NCBI GenBank assembly: GCA_965238075.1
Contig: OZ250173.1
Location: forward strand, 288,001-352,000
Source: Candidatus Entotheonellaceae bacterium
Lineage (GTDB): Bacteria > Tectomicrobia > Entotheonellia > Entotheonellales > Entotheonellaceae
Reading direction: 5' to 3'
Length of the DNA stretch: 64,000 nt
A program made the position numbers and the translations under genes. Every line of letters starts with the position of its first letter. Within the stretch, counting starts at the first letter, position 1. This document shows, piece after piece, positions 38,876 through 48,673 of this stretch. A model generated the notes under the pieces. The model ran no database searches. It was not told the origin of the DNA and was given only the letters and a program-made list of their open reading frames with translations.

Positions 38876-40429
38876 ATGGCTCCCGAATCCGCTCAACCCA
38901 CCGGCGCTGCTGCTGTCGAGGTGTGGCCTGCCGACGAGCATAACCTACAATTGCTGGCCAACACGCATCCTGCGGATTATGAGAACCCCACTCCGAACAA
39001 CCCGTACAACCTGGTGGTGTTGGGCGCGGGAACCGCAGGTCTGGTGTCGGCCATCGGCTCCGCCGGGCTGGGCGCGCGGGCGGCGCTCATCGAGAAGCAC
39101 CTGATGGGTGGGGACTGCCTGAATTATGGCTGCGTGCCCAGCAAGGGCATCATTCGCGCCGCCTCGGCGTGGGCCGACGTGCGCGACGCGCCGAACTACG
39201 GCGTGCAGCCGAACGGCGAGGCAACGGTGGATTTCGGGGCCGCCATGGCACGCATGCGGCGGCTGCGGGCGCAGATCAGCCGCAACGACTCGGTGAAGCG
39301 GTACAGCGAGGCGGGGGTGGACGTGTTCCTGGGCGAGGGGCGGTTTACGGGGCCGCGGCAAATCGAGGTTGGCGGGCAGACGCTGCGTTTCGCCAAGGCG
39401 GTAATCGCCACTGGCGGCCGGGCCGTGGCGCCGCCGGTGGAGGGACTAGCCGAAGCGGGATACCTCACCAACGAAACGGTGTTCAGCCTGACCGAACGCC
39501 CGGCGCGACTGGCCGTCATTGGCGGCGGACCGATCGGCTGCGAGCTCGCCCAGACGTTCTGCCGGCTGGGCTCGCAGGTCACTCTCATCCACACCGGCGA
39601 CCACGTGCTCAACCGGGAAGACGCCGACGCCGCCCACCTCGTGCAGGAATCCATGCTGCGGGACGGTGTCGAGCTGGCCTTGTCGGCGTCGCTGTTCGCC
39701 GTCGAGGTCAGAGGCGAGGATAAGGTGCTGCGCTACAAGGATGGCCCCGGCAACACCCGTGAGGTGGCCGTGGACACCATCGTCGTCTCCGCCGGGCGCA
39801 CGGCGAATGTCGACGGCCTCGGACTGGAAGCCGCGGGCGTGGCCTACACGCCGCGGGGCGTGCAGGTGGACGACAACTTGCGTACCAGCAACCCGCACAT
39901 CTTCGCCGCCGGTGACGTGTGCTCGCGCTTCCAGTTCACCCACGCCGCCGATTTCATGGCCCGTATCGTCATCGCTAACGCCTTATTCAAGGGGCGTCAG
40001 AAGGCATCGGCGCTGACGATTCCGTGGTGCACCTACACCGAGCCGCAGATCGCCCACGTCGGCCTGACCGAGGCCACCGCCGCGGCAGCCGGGACCGCCA
40101 TCGACACCTTCACGCAGCCCTTTGACGACGTTGACCGGGCCATCCTCGACGGCGACGACGAGGGATTCGCCAAGGTACACGTCAAAAAAGGCGGCGACAC
40201 GATCCTGGGCGCCACCATCGTAGCGCGCAACGCCGGCGACATGATCGGCATCTACGCCACGGCCATGACCCACGGCCTGGGATTGGGCAAAATTTCCAAG
40301 GTTATTCTCCCCTACCCTACGCAGGCCGAAGCGGTGCGCAAAACCGGCGACTTGTATAACCGCACGCGCCTTACCCCCACGGTTCGAAAAATTATGGGCA
40401 AATGGCTAAGTTGGCAGCGTGGCCGGTAA
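38876..40429 (+). CDS. MerA-like pyridine nucleotide-disulfide oxidoreductase (no C-terminal Cys pair)
   Basis: GAGTAG, GGDCLNYGCVPSK redox disulfide, GGGPIG, PWCTYTEP, PYPT. Confidence 0.9.
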   Translation: MAPESAQPTGAAAVEVWPADEHNLQLLANTHPADYENPTPNNPYNLVVLGAGTAGLVSAIGSAGLGARAALIEKHLMGGDCLNYGCVPSKGIIRAASAWADVRDAPNYGVQPNGEATVDFGAAMARMRRLRAQISRNDSVKRYSEAGVDVFLGEGRFTGPRQIEVGGQTLRFAKAVIATGGRAVAPPVEGLAEAGYLTNETVFSLTERPARLAVIGGGPIGCELAQTFCRLGSQVTLIHTGDHVLNREDADAAHLVQESMLRDGVELALSASLFAVEVRGEDKVLRYKDGPGNTREVAVDTIVVSAGRTANVDGLGLEAAGVAYTPRGVQVDDNLRTSNPHIFAAGDVCSRFQFTHAADFMARIVIANALFKGRQKASALTIPWCTYTEPQIAHVGLTEATAAAAGTAIDTFTQPFDDVDRAILDGDDEGFAKVHVKKGGDTILGATIVARNAGDMIGIYATAMTHGLGLGKISKVILPYPTQAEAVRKTGDLYNRTRLTPTVRKIMGKWLSWQRGR

Positions 40430-40445
40430 GGGCAAGAGGGTTGCG

Positions 40446-41123
40446 ATGGAGTCGATCGCCGTTGTCATCATGGCCAAGCAGCCTGTGCCGGGCACCGTCA
40501 AAACCCGTCTGCGCCCGCTTCTGTCGGACGATGACATTGCGGTGTTGTACGACAGTTTTCTGCGCGACAGAATCAGTCAGGTCAGGTCACTTTGCGGTGC
40601 CGCCCCCGTGATTGCATATACGCCGGCGGAAAGCCGTCCCTTCTTTGCGGCGCTAGCGCCCGATTTTCTCCTGTTGCCGCAGATTGGCGATGGGTTGTCT
40701 GCCCGGCTGACCTCCGCCTTTCGGCAGCTATTTGATATGGGTCACGAAGGGGCTATCGCCACCGACAGCGATTCGCCTACCCTGCCCACCGAAAGCCTGC
40801 AGCGGGCTCTCGATTCCCTCGCGGCGCACGGCGCCGACGTGGTGCTGGGACCAAGCGCCGATGGCGGCTACTACCTGATCGGCCTGCGGCAGTTGCATCC
40901 CGAGTTGTTTGACGCCATGCCGTGGAGCACTCCGCGGGTGTATGACCAGACCCTGCGTCGCGCCGCGGGGTTGGGCCTGAAAGTCTCGTCGCTGGCGGCT
41001 TGGTACGACGTAGACACGCCAGTGGAATTCGAGCGGTTGCGTGCCGAGGTGGCCCGGTTGGGAACTGCCGCACCCAGGCATACCCGACGGTTTCTCGCGG
41101 AATGGGAGACGGACAAGGTGTAG
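40446..41123 (+). CDS. DUF2064 / TIGR04282 family glycosyltransferase-like protein
   Basis: MAKQPVPGTVKTRL, QIGDGLSARL, DSDSP, LGPSADGGYYLIG, MPWST, DVDT. Confidence 0.85.
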   Translation: MESIAVVIMAKQPVPGTVKTRLRPLLSDDDIAVLYDSFLRDRISQVRSLCGAAPVIAYTPAESRPFFAALAPDFLLLPQIGDGLSARLTSAFRQLFDMGHEGAIATDSDSPTLPTESLQRALDSLAAHGADVVLGPSADGGYYLIGLRQLHPELFDAMPWSTPRVYDQTLRRAAGLGLKVSSLAAWYDVDTPVEFERLRAEVARLGTAAPRHTRRFLAEWETDKV

Positions 41124-41151
41124 GTCGGATTAGCCGCAGGCGTAATCCGAC
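41120..41151 (+). repeat. GTAG-type REP element supplying the stop codon of the upstream gene
   Basis: gtaggtcggattagccgcaggcgtaatccgac; its TAG at 41121-41123 is the stop codon. Confidence 0.8.
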
Positions 41152-41181
41152 GATCCGATAACGTCGAAACAGGAACCATCC

Positions 41182-42120
41182 ATGCGCATTGTGATTATGG
41201 GAACCGGTGGCTTGGGTGGCTACTTCGGCGCCCTGCTGGCGCGAGCTGGCGGAGACGTGACCTTCATCGCCCGAGGCGCGAACTTGCAGGCACTGCGAGA
41301 GCGCGGCCTCACGGTGCAGAGCGTCAATGGTGACTTCACTTTGCCGGTTGTTCAGGCATGCGCCGATCCGGCGGGTATGCCCGAGGCCGATTTCGTACTG
41401 TTCTGCGTGAAAACCTACGGCGTCGCCGACGCAGCGGCCCTCCTGCAACCTGTGGTAGGGCCGACCACCGTCTTGTTGACCTTGCAAAACGGGGTGGATA
41501 CGCCAACCGATTTGCAACACGCCTTCGGCCGCGGCACGGTACTGGCCGGCATCACACGGATCGGCTCAACGCTCGTCGAACCCGGTGTGATTGAGCAACC
41601 GACCCGCGACCGCGCTATCGAGTTCGGCAATCTTGACGCCCACGGCGCCGCGGTCCTCGATTCGGTACGCACCCTGCTGGAAGCCGCCGACATCCCGTCG
41701 GTGGTGTCGCCGGACATCCGCAAGAGTCTGTGGGAGAAACTGGTGCTGATCAGCGCCTTTGCCGGCCTCTCCGCCCTCACGGGTCTTTCCCCCAACCAGC
41801 TTCTGGCTCGGCAGCCGACCCGCACCGTATACACCCACGTCATGGAGGAGGCAGCTGCCGTGGCGCGCGCCGCGGGGGTGGCCTTGGCCGCCGATATCGC
41901 GACGCAAATTCTGGCCTATCTGGATGCGGAGGGCGAACTGGGAAGCGCTTCCATGGCGGTCGATTTTCAGCATCGCCGACGCACCGAAATCGAGGCTATC
42001 AACGGCGCGGTGGTGAGGCATGGCCGGCGTTTGGGCGTTCCGACGCCGGTCAACGAGACGATTTATGCCGCCCTGGTGGTCACGGACGGCTATCATCGCG
42101 AGGAAAGGGAGCAGGCATGA
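41182..42120 (+). CDS. panE: 2-dehydropantoate 2-reductase family
   Basis: GTGGLGG, CVKTY, LQNG, WEKL, SMAVD...RRTEIEAINGAV. Confidence 0.85.
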   Translation: MRIVIMGTGGLGGYFGALLARAGGDVTFIARGANLQALRERGLTVQSVNGDFTLPVVQACADPAGMPEADFVLFCVKTYGVADAAALLQPVVGPTTVLLTLQNGVDTPTDLQHAFGRGTVLAGITRIGSTLVEPGVIEQPTRDRAIEFGNLDAHGAAVLDSVRTLLEAADIPSVVSPDIRKSLWEKLVLISAFAGLSALTGLSPNQLLARQPTRTVYTHVMEEAAAVARAAGVALAADIATQILAYLDAEGELGSASMAVDFQHRRRTEIEAINGAVVRHGRRLGVPTPVNETIYAALVVTDGYHREEREQA

Positions 42121-42602
42121 AAATCTGGTGGATTGCCGGCATGTTACTGGTTGCCGTAACGGCGTACGCCGGGCAGTTGCAGGTGCAGATCCCGAACTTG
42201 ACCCCGGATGCGGAGGGCCGCCTCGGAGTGCTCATCGTCAATTTATGCGACAACGCGGATTGCTACAGTCACGACGGCGAGAACGGGCACACGTATCTGA
42301 ACCGGCAACGGGATGATTTACCGGCGCAACAGCCGCTCCAAAATGCCGATCCCGTAACATTTGCCTTCAGCGACCTCCCGACGGGGACTTACTCGGTGGT
42401 GCTGCACCATGACCGCGACAGCGATGGCGATGCCCGTTCCGTCACCTGTGCATTTGGCAAGCCTTACGACGGCGTTGGCTTCAGTAACAACATGGACCCC
42501 AGGCGTCTATGGCGCAAACCGCGCTGGAAAGAAGTGAAGGTCGACGTTGGCGAAGCGGACAACACCCACCTCACCATCGACCTCTTGTACATGTGCGACT
42601 GA
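42117..42602 (+). CDS. DUF2141 family exported protein
   Basis: Signal peptide; FSDLPTGTYSVVLHHD.D.DG...GKP.DGVGFSNN; ATGA overlap with panE. Confidence 0.75.
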   Translation: MKIWWIAGMLLVAVTAYAGQLQVQIPNLTPDAEGRLGVLIVNLCDNADCYSHDGENGHTYLNRQRDDLPAQQPLQNADPVTFAFSDLPTGTYSVVLHHDRDSDGDARSVTCAFGKPYDGVGFSNNMDPRRLWRKPRWKEVKVDVGEADNTHLTIDLLYMCD

Positions 42603-42834
42603 GATGGAGGGTGATACGCCCGTGGATAACCTGCCGGCAGGAAGGCGGCAACCTCTGCATACAGACCGGTTATACAGCTCATGGGTCGGTCCTGGCGCTC
42701 ATTTTGGCCGGGGCGAACGTGGGTGTCTGTCATCCGGCAGGCGGCCCGGCGATTGTGCCCGACGTGTTTTTGAGCCCGGAAGTACAGATTGCACAGGGGG
42801 CTCCCCGCCACACGGACAAAGCGCCAAGCTGGAT

Positions 42835-42863
42835 TTGTTTACGACTGTCCTCAACGTTACAAT
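42835..42863 (+). promoter_or_regulatory. putative sigma70 promoter of the ABC operon
   Basis: TTGTTT-17 nt-TACAAT. Confidence 0.45.
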
Positions 42864-42993
42864 GCCGCCGGCAAGATATGACCCGGTGGTCGTCTGGGTC
42901 GCCCGATCCGTAACAGGCGCGCCTCCAGGGGATGTTCATGGTCACGGGCAATTGCTCCAGCAAAAGGGGCCCAAGCAAGGTGGAGGTGTCATC

Positions 42994-44703
42994 ATGAGGC
43001 AAGCACGGTTACGGCAATCCGCAGGGTTGTCCCTGGTCCTGATGCTGCTGCTGAGCATGGTGTTCCTGGGAGGCGGTGCCCAGGCGCAAACCGGCGAGGC
43101 GAAAGTGGACCGTTTGGTGATCGGTCTCATCAATCCGTTCCGGGATTACTTTCGTGCCTGGATCAGCGGCACACCCGACCACAATATCCAGCATGACCCG
43201 ATCTTGGAGTGGCTCATTGAGATCGACCCTGATACGGGCCTATACGTCCCCTGGCTGGCAAAGAGCTGGGAGATGACCCCAGATGGTCGCTTGTGGCGGG
43301 TGAAGCTGCAAGAGGGGGTGAACTATCATCAGGACTACGGTGAATTTACCGCCAAAGATGTGGTGCATAATCATGCGCTGTGGTGCGAGGAGAACTACCC
43401 GGGTCGTGCCGACCCCCCATCGAGTGCCTACCGGACCGGTATTTGCACGGTTGAGCGCGTTGAGGTGATCAATGACCACGAGGTGCTGATGCACTGTAAG
43501 GAGCCGTGCCTCGACTTCGAGTTTTATTACTCCGAAGCGGCCAACGTCATGATGTTCAGCAAGGCACAGTGGGACAAAGAAGGCGAAATGGGCTACGAGC
43601 GCAAGCCGGCCGGCACCGGGCCGTACGAGTTCAAGGAACGCAAATTGGGCCAGTACGTGCTGTACGAACGGGCGCCGACGCCGCATTGGAAACACGGCGT
43701 GGTGGACTGGAAAGAGCTCATGATGACCTGGACCATCGAGGAATCAACGCGCTATGCCCAATTGCTGGCGGGAGAAACGCATCTGACAGAGCTCAACAAG
43801 GACCTCGTGGACCAGTTGGTCTCCAGGGGATACAAGCTGGTTCGCAGTCGCGGGACGGCACAGCAGATACAGATCATCTTTGGCGGGCTCTACTTTGGTA
43901 CGGAGGATCCGCAGACCGGGCGCTACACGGAACACGGCGGCATCACGGGCAAGCTGGACCCGAGCGAGCCGTGGACCAAGAAGAAGGTGCGCCAAGCCAT
44001 GAACAAAGCCATTAACCGCGAAGAATTGCTCGAGGTGCTGTACAAGAACAGAGCGGATTATATGTACGTGCACGGCTTCTACCCCGATCTGCCCGGCTGG
44101 GACCCCACCTGGGAACAACGCTTCCCGGAGATGTATGGCTACGATCCGCAGGCCGCACAGCGCTTGCTGAGAGAAGCCGGCTATCCCAATGGGTTTAAGG
44201 CGAAGGCGTGGTTGTTCCCCTTTGCTGGAGCGCCCGAACTTATTTCGCTCGTCGAAGCGGTACAGATTCAGTTGCTCGACGTGGGGATTGAATTGAGGTT
44301 AGAAGAGGCGGACCTGGTGTCCACGATTGCGCCGATCTGGCGCGCCAGAAAAGCCCAGGGATATCTCGCGGCGGTCCCGCCCTCGAAGAAAGCGGTTGAG
44401 GCGCAGATTGCCGTCTTCAATGCCGGCAAGGCTGGCATACATCAGTTTGAGACGGATGAAATTTACCGCATGTGGGAGGAACTGAAGCAGCTCGCCGACC
44501 CCGCCGAGCGCGACGTCCTGCTGCGCAAGATCGGTAATTACAAATTTGAAAATTTCGAGATCATCCCCCTCTTCAACGTCTTCATCGAGGTGGTGGTGGA
44601 CCCCAACATCGTGGACGACTGGGCCTTCCCCGGCTGGGACGGTGGCGACATCGGTCACACCTGGCGTATCACCGCGTGTAAGCAGGCACAACCGTGCAGG
44701 TAG
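42994..44703 (+). CDS. ABC transporter substrate-binding protein, family 5 (peptide/nickel)
   Basis: Signal peptide; PWLAKSW, EFTAKDV, PAGTGPY, KVRQAMNKAINR, YDPQAAQRLLREAGYPNGF. Confidence 0.9.
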   Translation: MRQARLRQSAGLSLVLMLLLSMVFLGGGAQAQTGEAKVDRLVIGLINPFRDYFRAWISGTPDHNIQHDPILEWLIEIDPDTGLYVPWLAKSWEMTPDGRLWRVKLQEGVNYHQDYGEFTAKDVVHNHALWCEENYPGRADPPSSAYRTGICTVERVEVINDHEVLMHCKEPCLDFEFYYSEAANVMMFSKAQWDKEGEMGYERKPAGTGPYEFKERKLGQYVLYERAPTPHWKHGVVDWKELMMTWTIEESTRYAQLLAGETHLTELNKDLVDQLVSRGYKLVRSRGTAQQIQIIFGGLYFGTEDPQTGRYTEHGGITGKLDPSEPWTKKKVRQAMNKAINREELLEVLYKNRADYMYVHGFYPDLPGWDPTWEQRFPEMYGYDPQAAQRLLREAGYPNGFKAKAWLFPFAGAPELISLVEAVQIQLLDVGIELRLEEADLVSTIAPIWRARKAQGYLAAVPPSKKAVEAQIAVFNAGKAGIHQFETDEIYRMWEELKQLADPAERDVLLRKIGNYKFENFEIIPLFNVFIEVVVDPNIVDDWAFPGWDGGDIGHTWRITACKQAQPCR

Positions 44704-44736
44704 GGGACCCAAGGCGGAGAGGCTGAGGAGCAAGGC

Positions 44737-45657
44737 ATGCAGCGCTACATCATCATACGCCTTCTGCAGAGTCTGCTGGCGCTCTGGGTGATGAGCCTCA
44801 TTGTGTTCAGTCTGGCCCGCGTCACCGGGGACCCGATCGATGCCCTGTTGCCCATCGAAGCGACCTTGGAAGAACGCGAAACGATTAGGAAAAACTGGGG
44901 CCTGGACAAGCCGCTGCATACCCAGTACCTCGTCTTCCTCAGCAAAGCCGTGCGCGGAGATTTTGGCAACTCATGGAAATGGCAGGGTCATACCGCCATG
45001 GGTCTGGTGCTCGACCGTCTGCCGGCGACCCTGGAGCTGGCGGGCGTGGCCATCGCCATCAGCATTGTGCTGGCGCTGCCACTCGGGGTGTTAGCCGCGG
45101 TGAAGAAGGGCACGCTTTTCGATTCGGTGGGGAAAATGGTCGCGCTGCTCGGCCAATCGCTGCCGGCCTTTTGGTTGGGCATTATCCTGATGTGGATTTT
45201 CGCCGTCATGTTGGGTTGGTTACCGACCTCGGGACGCGGTGGGATCTCACGCCTGATCCTGCCGGCCGTCTCCCTGGGGTGGTTCCAAGTGGCCGTCATC
45301 ATGCGCTTGGTGCGCTCGGCCATGCTGGATGTGTTGGACAGCGAATTTGTGAAATTGACCCGCGTCAAGGGCCTCTCCGAATGGAAGGTAATCTGGAAGC
45401 ACTGTCTACGCAACGCAGCGATTGTGCCTCTGACCTACTTTGCAATCAATGCCGGGGTCTTGATGACGGGCTCGGTGGTGATCGAGAACGTCTTCGTCTG
45501 GCCGGGTACCGGACGACTCGCGCTGGAGGCGATTCAGGCGAGGGATTTCCAGGTCGTCCAGGCCATTGTGATCATTTTTGCGGCTGTCTTCCTGTTCGCT
45601 AATCTGATCGTGGATATTCTCTATGCCTACCTCGATCCACGCATCCGTTATCAGTAG
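44737..45657 (+). CDS. ABC transporter permease (DppB/OppB-like)
   Basis: GDFGNS, RLPATLEL, PAFWLG, IENVFVWPG, LDPRI. Confidence 0.93.
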   Translation: MQRYIIIRLLQSLLALWVMSLIVFSLARVTGDPIDALLPIEATLEERETIRKNWGLDKPLHTQYLVFLSKAVRGDFGNSWKWQGHTAMGLVLDRLPATLELAGVAIAISIVLALPLGVLAAVKKGTLFDSVGKMVALLGQSLPAFWLGIILMWIFAVMLGWLPTSGRGGISRLILPAVSLGWFQVAVIMRLVRSAMLDVLDSEFVKLTRVKGLSEWKVIWKHCLRNAAIVPLTYFAINAGVLMTGSVVIENVFVWPGTGRLALEAIQARDFQVVQAIVIIFAAVFLFANLIVDILYAYLDPRIRYQ

Positions 45658-45695
45658 CAAAGGGGCTGGCCCGCTTCGATAAAGGGTAACGTCGC

Positions 45696-46592
45696 ATGGC
45701 ACAAGTACTACCGGAAAGCGTTCCCAGATCAACGCCAGACGGGATCGTACGGGCGACTCTGCCGTCCCGACAATTTCCCGCGATACCCTTGTTCATTCTG
45801 GTGTTTCTCCTGGTGCTTCCCGGTCTCTTTGCGCCGTATCTGGCGCCCCACAACCCCATAAGGGGCTCCCTACGGGAGCGTCTGAAGCCACCGGTATGGG
45901 TGCAAGGCGGCACGATCACCCACCCCCTGGGCACGGATAAAGTGGGACGTGACATCCTGAGCCGCATTATCTATGGGGCCAGGATCTCCCTGGCGGTGTC
46001 TTTGGTGGCCATCCTGGTAAGCGGCGTCATCGGGACCGCGCTAGGGCTCATGGCCGGGTATTTTGGCGGCCGGCTGGATGCCCTGATCATGCGTCTGGTG
46101 GATATCTCCCTCGGTTTGCCGGTTATTTTGCTGGCCTTGGTGTTTGTCGCCGCCATAGGAGCAAGTTTTATTACGGTGGTCGTGGTCACGACCGTGCTCC
46201 TGTGGGCGCGCTATGCCCGCCAGGTTCGAGGTGAAACCTTAAGTATTCGAGAACGCGATTTTATCGCCCGAGCTCGGGTGGCAGGGGCGTCACACTTTCG
46301 CATCATGCTGCGCTATATCTTCCCGAACATCATCAACACCCTGACCGTGCTGGCCACCCTGCAAATTGGCGCCGTCATTCTGCTGGAGTCGGCCCTCAGC
46401 TTCCTGGGAGCCGGGATTCCGCGTCCGACGCCAACCTGGGGCTCGATGATCGCGGACGGGCGTGATCTCATTGTGGTCGCCTGGTGGATCGCCATGTTCC
46501 CTGGCCTGGCCATCATGCTGACCGTGCTGTCCTTAAACTTGCTGGGCGACTGGTTGCGCGACCGTCTCGACCCGAAACTCAGGAATATCTAG
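45696..46592 (+). CDS. ABC transporter permease (DppC/OppC-like)
   Basis: [39 protein letters not shown]. Confidence 0.93.
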   Translation: MAQVLPESVPRSTPDGIVRATLPSRQFPAIPLFILVFLLVLPGLFAPYLAPHNPIRGSLRERLKPPVWVQGGTITHPLGTDKVGRDILSRIIYGARISLAVSLVAILVSGVIGTALGLMAGYFGGRLDALIMRLVDISLGLPVILLALVFVAAIGASFITVVVVTTVLLWARYARQVRGETLSIRERDFIARARVAGASHFRIMLRYIFPNIINTLTVLATLQIGAVILLESALSFLGAGIPRPTPTWGSMIADGRDLIVVAWWIAMFPGLAIMLTVLSLNLLGDWLRDRLDPKLRNI

Positions 46593-46624
46593 TGCGGGCC
46601 GGCTATACGCCATAGGAAATCGGT

Positions 46625-47611
46625 ATGACCCGACACATTGGCGACGTTATCCTGCAGGTCGAGGATCTCCACACCTATTGTTTTACGCGCTGGGGTGTGG
46701 TGAAAGCCGTTGATGGCGTGAGTTTTGCCCTGCGCCAGGGCGAAACGTTGGGGATTGTGGGCGAGTCCGGCTGTGGCAAGAGCATGACGGCTCTATCTCT
46801 GTTGCGCTTGGTGCCGCGGCCAGTGGCCCGCATCGTGCAAGGCAGGGTCCTGTTGCAAGGCGAGAACCTCCTCGACAAGAGCGAACGGGAGATGCGGCAT
46901 ATCCGGGGGCGGCGCCTGTCGATGATTCTGCAGGATCCCCAGACCTCTCTCAATCCCGTCTTCACCATTGGTAATCAGCTTCTCGAAGCCATCCATATCC
47001 ACCACAAAGGGCGCGCCCGCGCGCTGCTGTCGCGTGCCATTAGCGCGCTGTCGCAAGTCAGGGTGGCCGCCCCAGAGCGTCGCGTGGAGGATTACCCGCA
47101 CCAGATGAGCGGCGGCATGAAACAGCGCGTCGTGGGCGCCATTGCATTGTCTTGCGAGCCCCATGTGATTATCGCCGACGAGCCCACCACCTCGCTGGAC
47201 GTGACGATTCAAGCCCAGTACTTGCGCTTGCTGCGGGAAATTCAAGAGCAAACCGGCCTGTCCATTATCTTTATCACCCACGACTTTGGCATTGTGGCGA
47301 AGATGTGCGATCGGGTCATGGTGATGTACGCCGGTCGGGTGGTGGAAAGTGGACCCGTGCGGGACATTTTCAATCACCCGGCGCATCCATATACGCAGGC
47401 CCTGTTGCAGTCCGTACCCACGATGGATGAACGCCCCGAACGCCTGTATGCCATCGAAGGGCAGCCACCCGCCCTGTGGGAACTCCCACCCGGGTGCCGA
47501 TTTGCCGCCCGTTGCCCCTATGTGGAAGCGCGTTGCGAGCAGACGTATCCATCCTCTTTTGCGGTTGGAGTGGACCACACCGCAGACTGTTGGAGGTTAC
47601 AAGAGGCATGA
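46625..47611 (+). CDS. ABC transporter ATP-binding protein (DppD-like)
   Basis: [29 protein letters not shown]. Confidence 0.94.
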   Translation: MTRHIGDVILQVEDLHTYCFTRWGVVKAVDGVSFALRQGETLGIVGESGCGKSMTALSLLRLVPRPVARIVQGRVLLQGENLLDKSEREMRHIRGRRLSMILQDPQTSLNPVFTIGNQLLEAIHIHHKGRARALLSRAISALSQVRVAAPERRVEDYPHQMSGGMKQRVVGAIALSCEPHVIIADEPTTSLDVTIQAQYLRLLREIQEQTGLSIIFITHDFGIVAKMCDRVMVMYAGRVVESGPVRDIFNHPAHPYTQALLQSVPTMDERPERLYAIEGQPPALWELPPGCRFAARCPYVEARCEQTYPSSFAVGVDHTADCWRLQEA

Positions 47612-48579
47612 GCGAGACGCCCCTACTGCAGGTGCACCATCTCAAGAAGCACTTCCCTGTAACCCGAGGCCTCCTGGTGATGCGAACCATCGGCTGGGTG
47701 AAGGCCGTAGACGACATCAGTTTCTCGGTGCCGCAAGGAGAAACGCTGGCGCTCGTGGGCGAATCCGGGTGTGGCAAGACGACGACGGCCAAATTGATCC
47801 TGCGTCTCGAAGAGCCGACCGACGGGGAGATCTTGATCGACGGACAATCCGTGCATGACTTACGCGGCAAGGCCTTGAAAGCATACCGCACCGCGGTGCA
47901 GGCGGTCTTTCAAGACCCCTGGTCGTCGCTGAATCCTCGCATGCGGGTACGGCAAATTGTGGCGGAACCCCTGGTGATCAATCGTAAGATGTCCCGCGCA
48001 GCGACCGCGGCGCGGGTGCAGGAGGTCCTGGACAGCGTGGGCCTGCGGCCGCAGCAGGCCAACCTGTATCCGCACGAGTTCAGCGGTGGCCAGCGGCAGC
48101 GCATTGCCGTGGCCAGTGCGCTCATTTCCCACCCCAAGCTGATCATCCTGGATGAACCGGTTTCAGCTCTGGATGTGTCCATCCGCGCGCAGATTATGAA
48201 CCTGTTGGTGGACTTGCAGCAGGCGTATCACGTCAGCTATCTCCTTATTGCCCATCACCTCGCCACCACGCGCTACATGGCGCACGAAGTCGCGGTGATG
48301 TACCTGGGAAAGATTGTCGAAAGAGCCCGCACGGAAGCGTTATTCACCGAGCCCCTGCATCCGTACACCCGAGCGCTCTTCTCAGCGGCGCTGCCAGCCC
48401 ATCCTGACATCACTCGTGAAGAGATCATCCTGCCTGGTGAAGTCCCTTCACCCATCAATCCGCCCAGCGGTTGTCGCTTCCATACGCGCTGTCCGGTCGC
48501 CAAACCCGAGTGTGCGGAGATCGAGCCGGAGGAAACCTACATCGACGGCCATATGGTGGCCTGTCACCTTTACAACTGA
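47608..48579 (+). CDS. ABC transporter ATP-binding protein (DppF-like)
   Basis: GESGCGKT, FSGGQRQR, LDEPVSALD, GCRFHTRC. Confidence 0.94.
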   Translation: MSETPLLQVHHLKKHFPVTRGLLVMRTIGWVKAVDDISFSVPQGETLALVGESGCGKTTTAKLILRLEEPTDGEILIDGQSVHDLRGKALKAYRTAVQAVFQDPWSSLNPRMRVRQIVAEPLVINRKMSRAATAARVQEVLDSVGLRPQQANLYPHEFSGGQRQRIAVASALISHPKLIILDEPVSALDVSIRAQIMNLLVDLQQAYHVSYLLIAHHLATTRYMAHEVAVMYLGKIVERARTEALFTEPLHPYTRALFSAALPAHPDITREEIILPGEVPSPINPPSGCRFHTRCPVAKPECAEIEPEETYIDGHMVACHLYN

Positions 48580-48673
48580 TAGCTGGCCGGACGGTTTGGC
48601 ATAAGGCTAATTCCACGGCTCCGAATGCTCAAAAACTTGCTCTGAACTCGATTCGGGGACCTGCCGCCTATGA

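Noticed and set aside
38876-40429. Mercury resistance gene merA
   Set aside because: No C-terminal Cys-Cys, no N-terminal metal-binding domain, and no merR/T/P nearby.
42621-42680. DnaA-box-like cgtggataa as a replication origin
   Set aside because: Single imperfect box with no cluster, no AT-rich unwinding element and no dnaA/dnaN.
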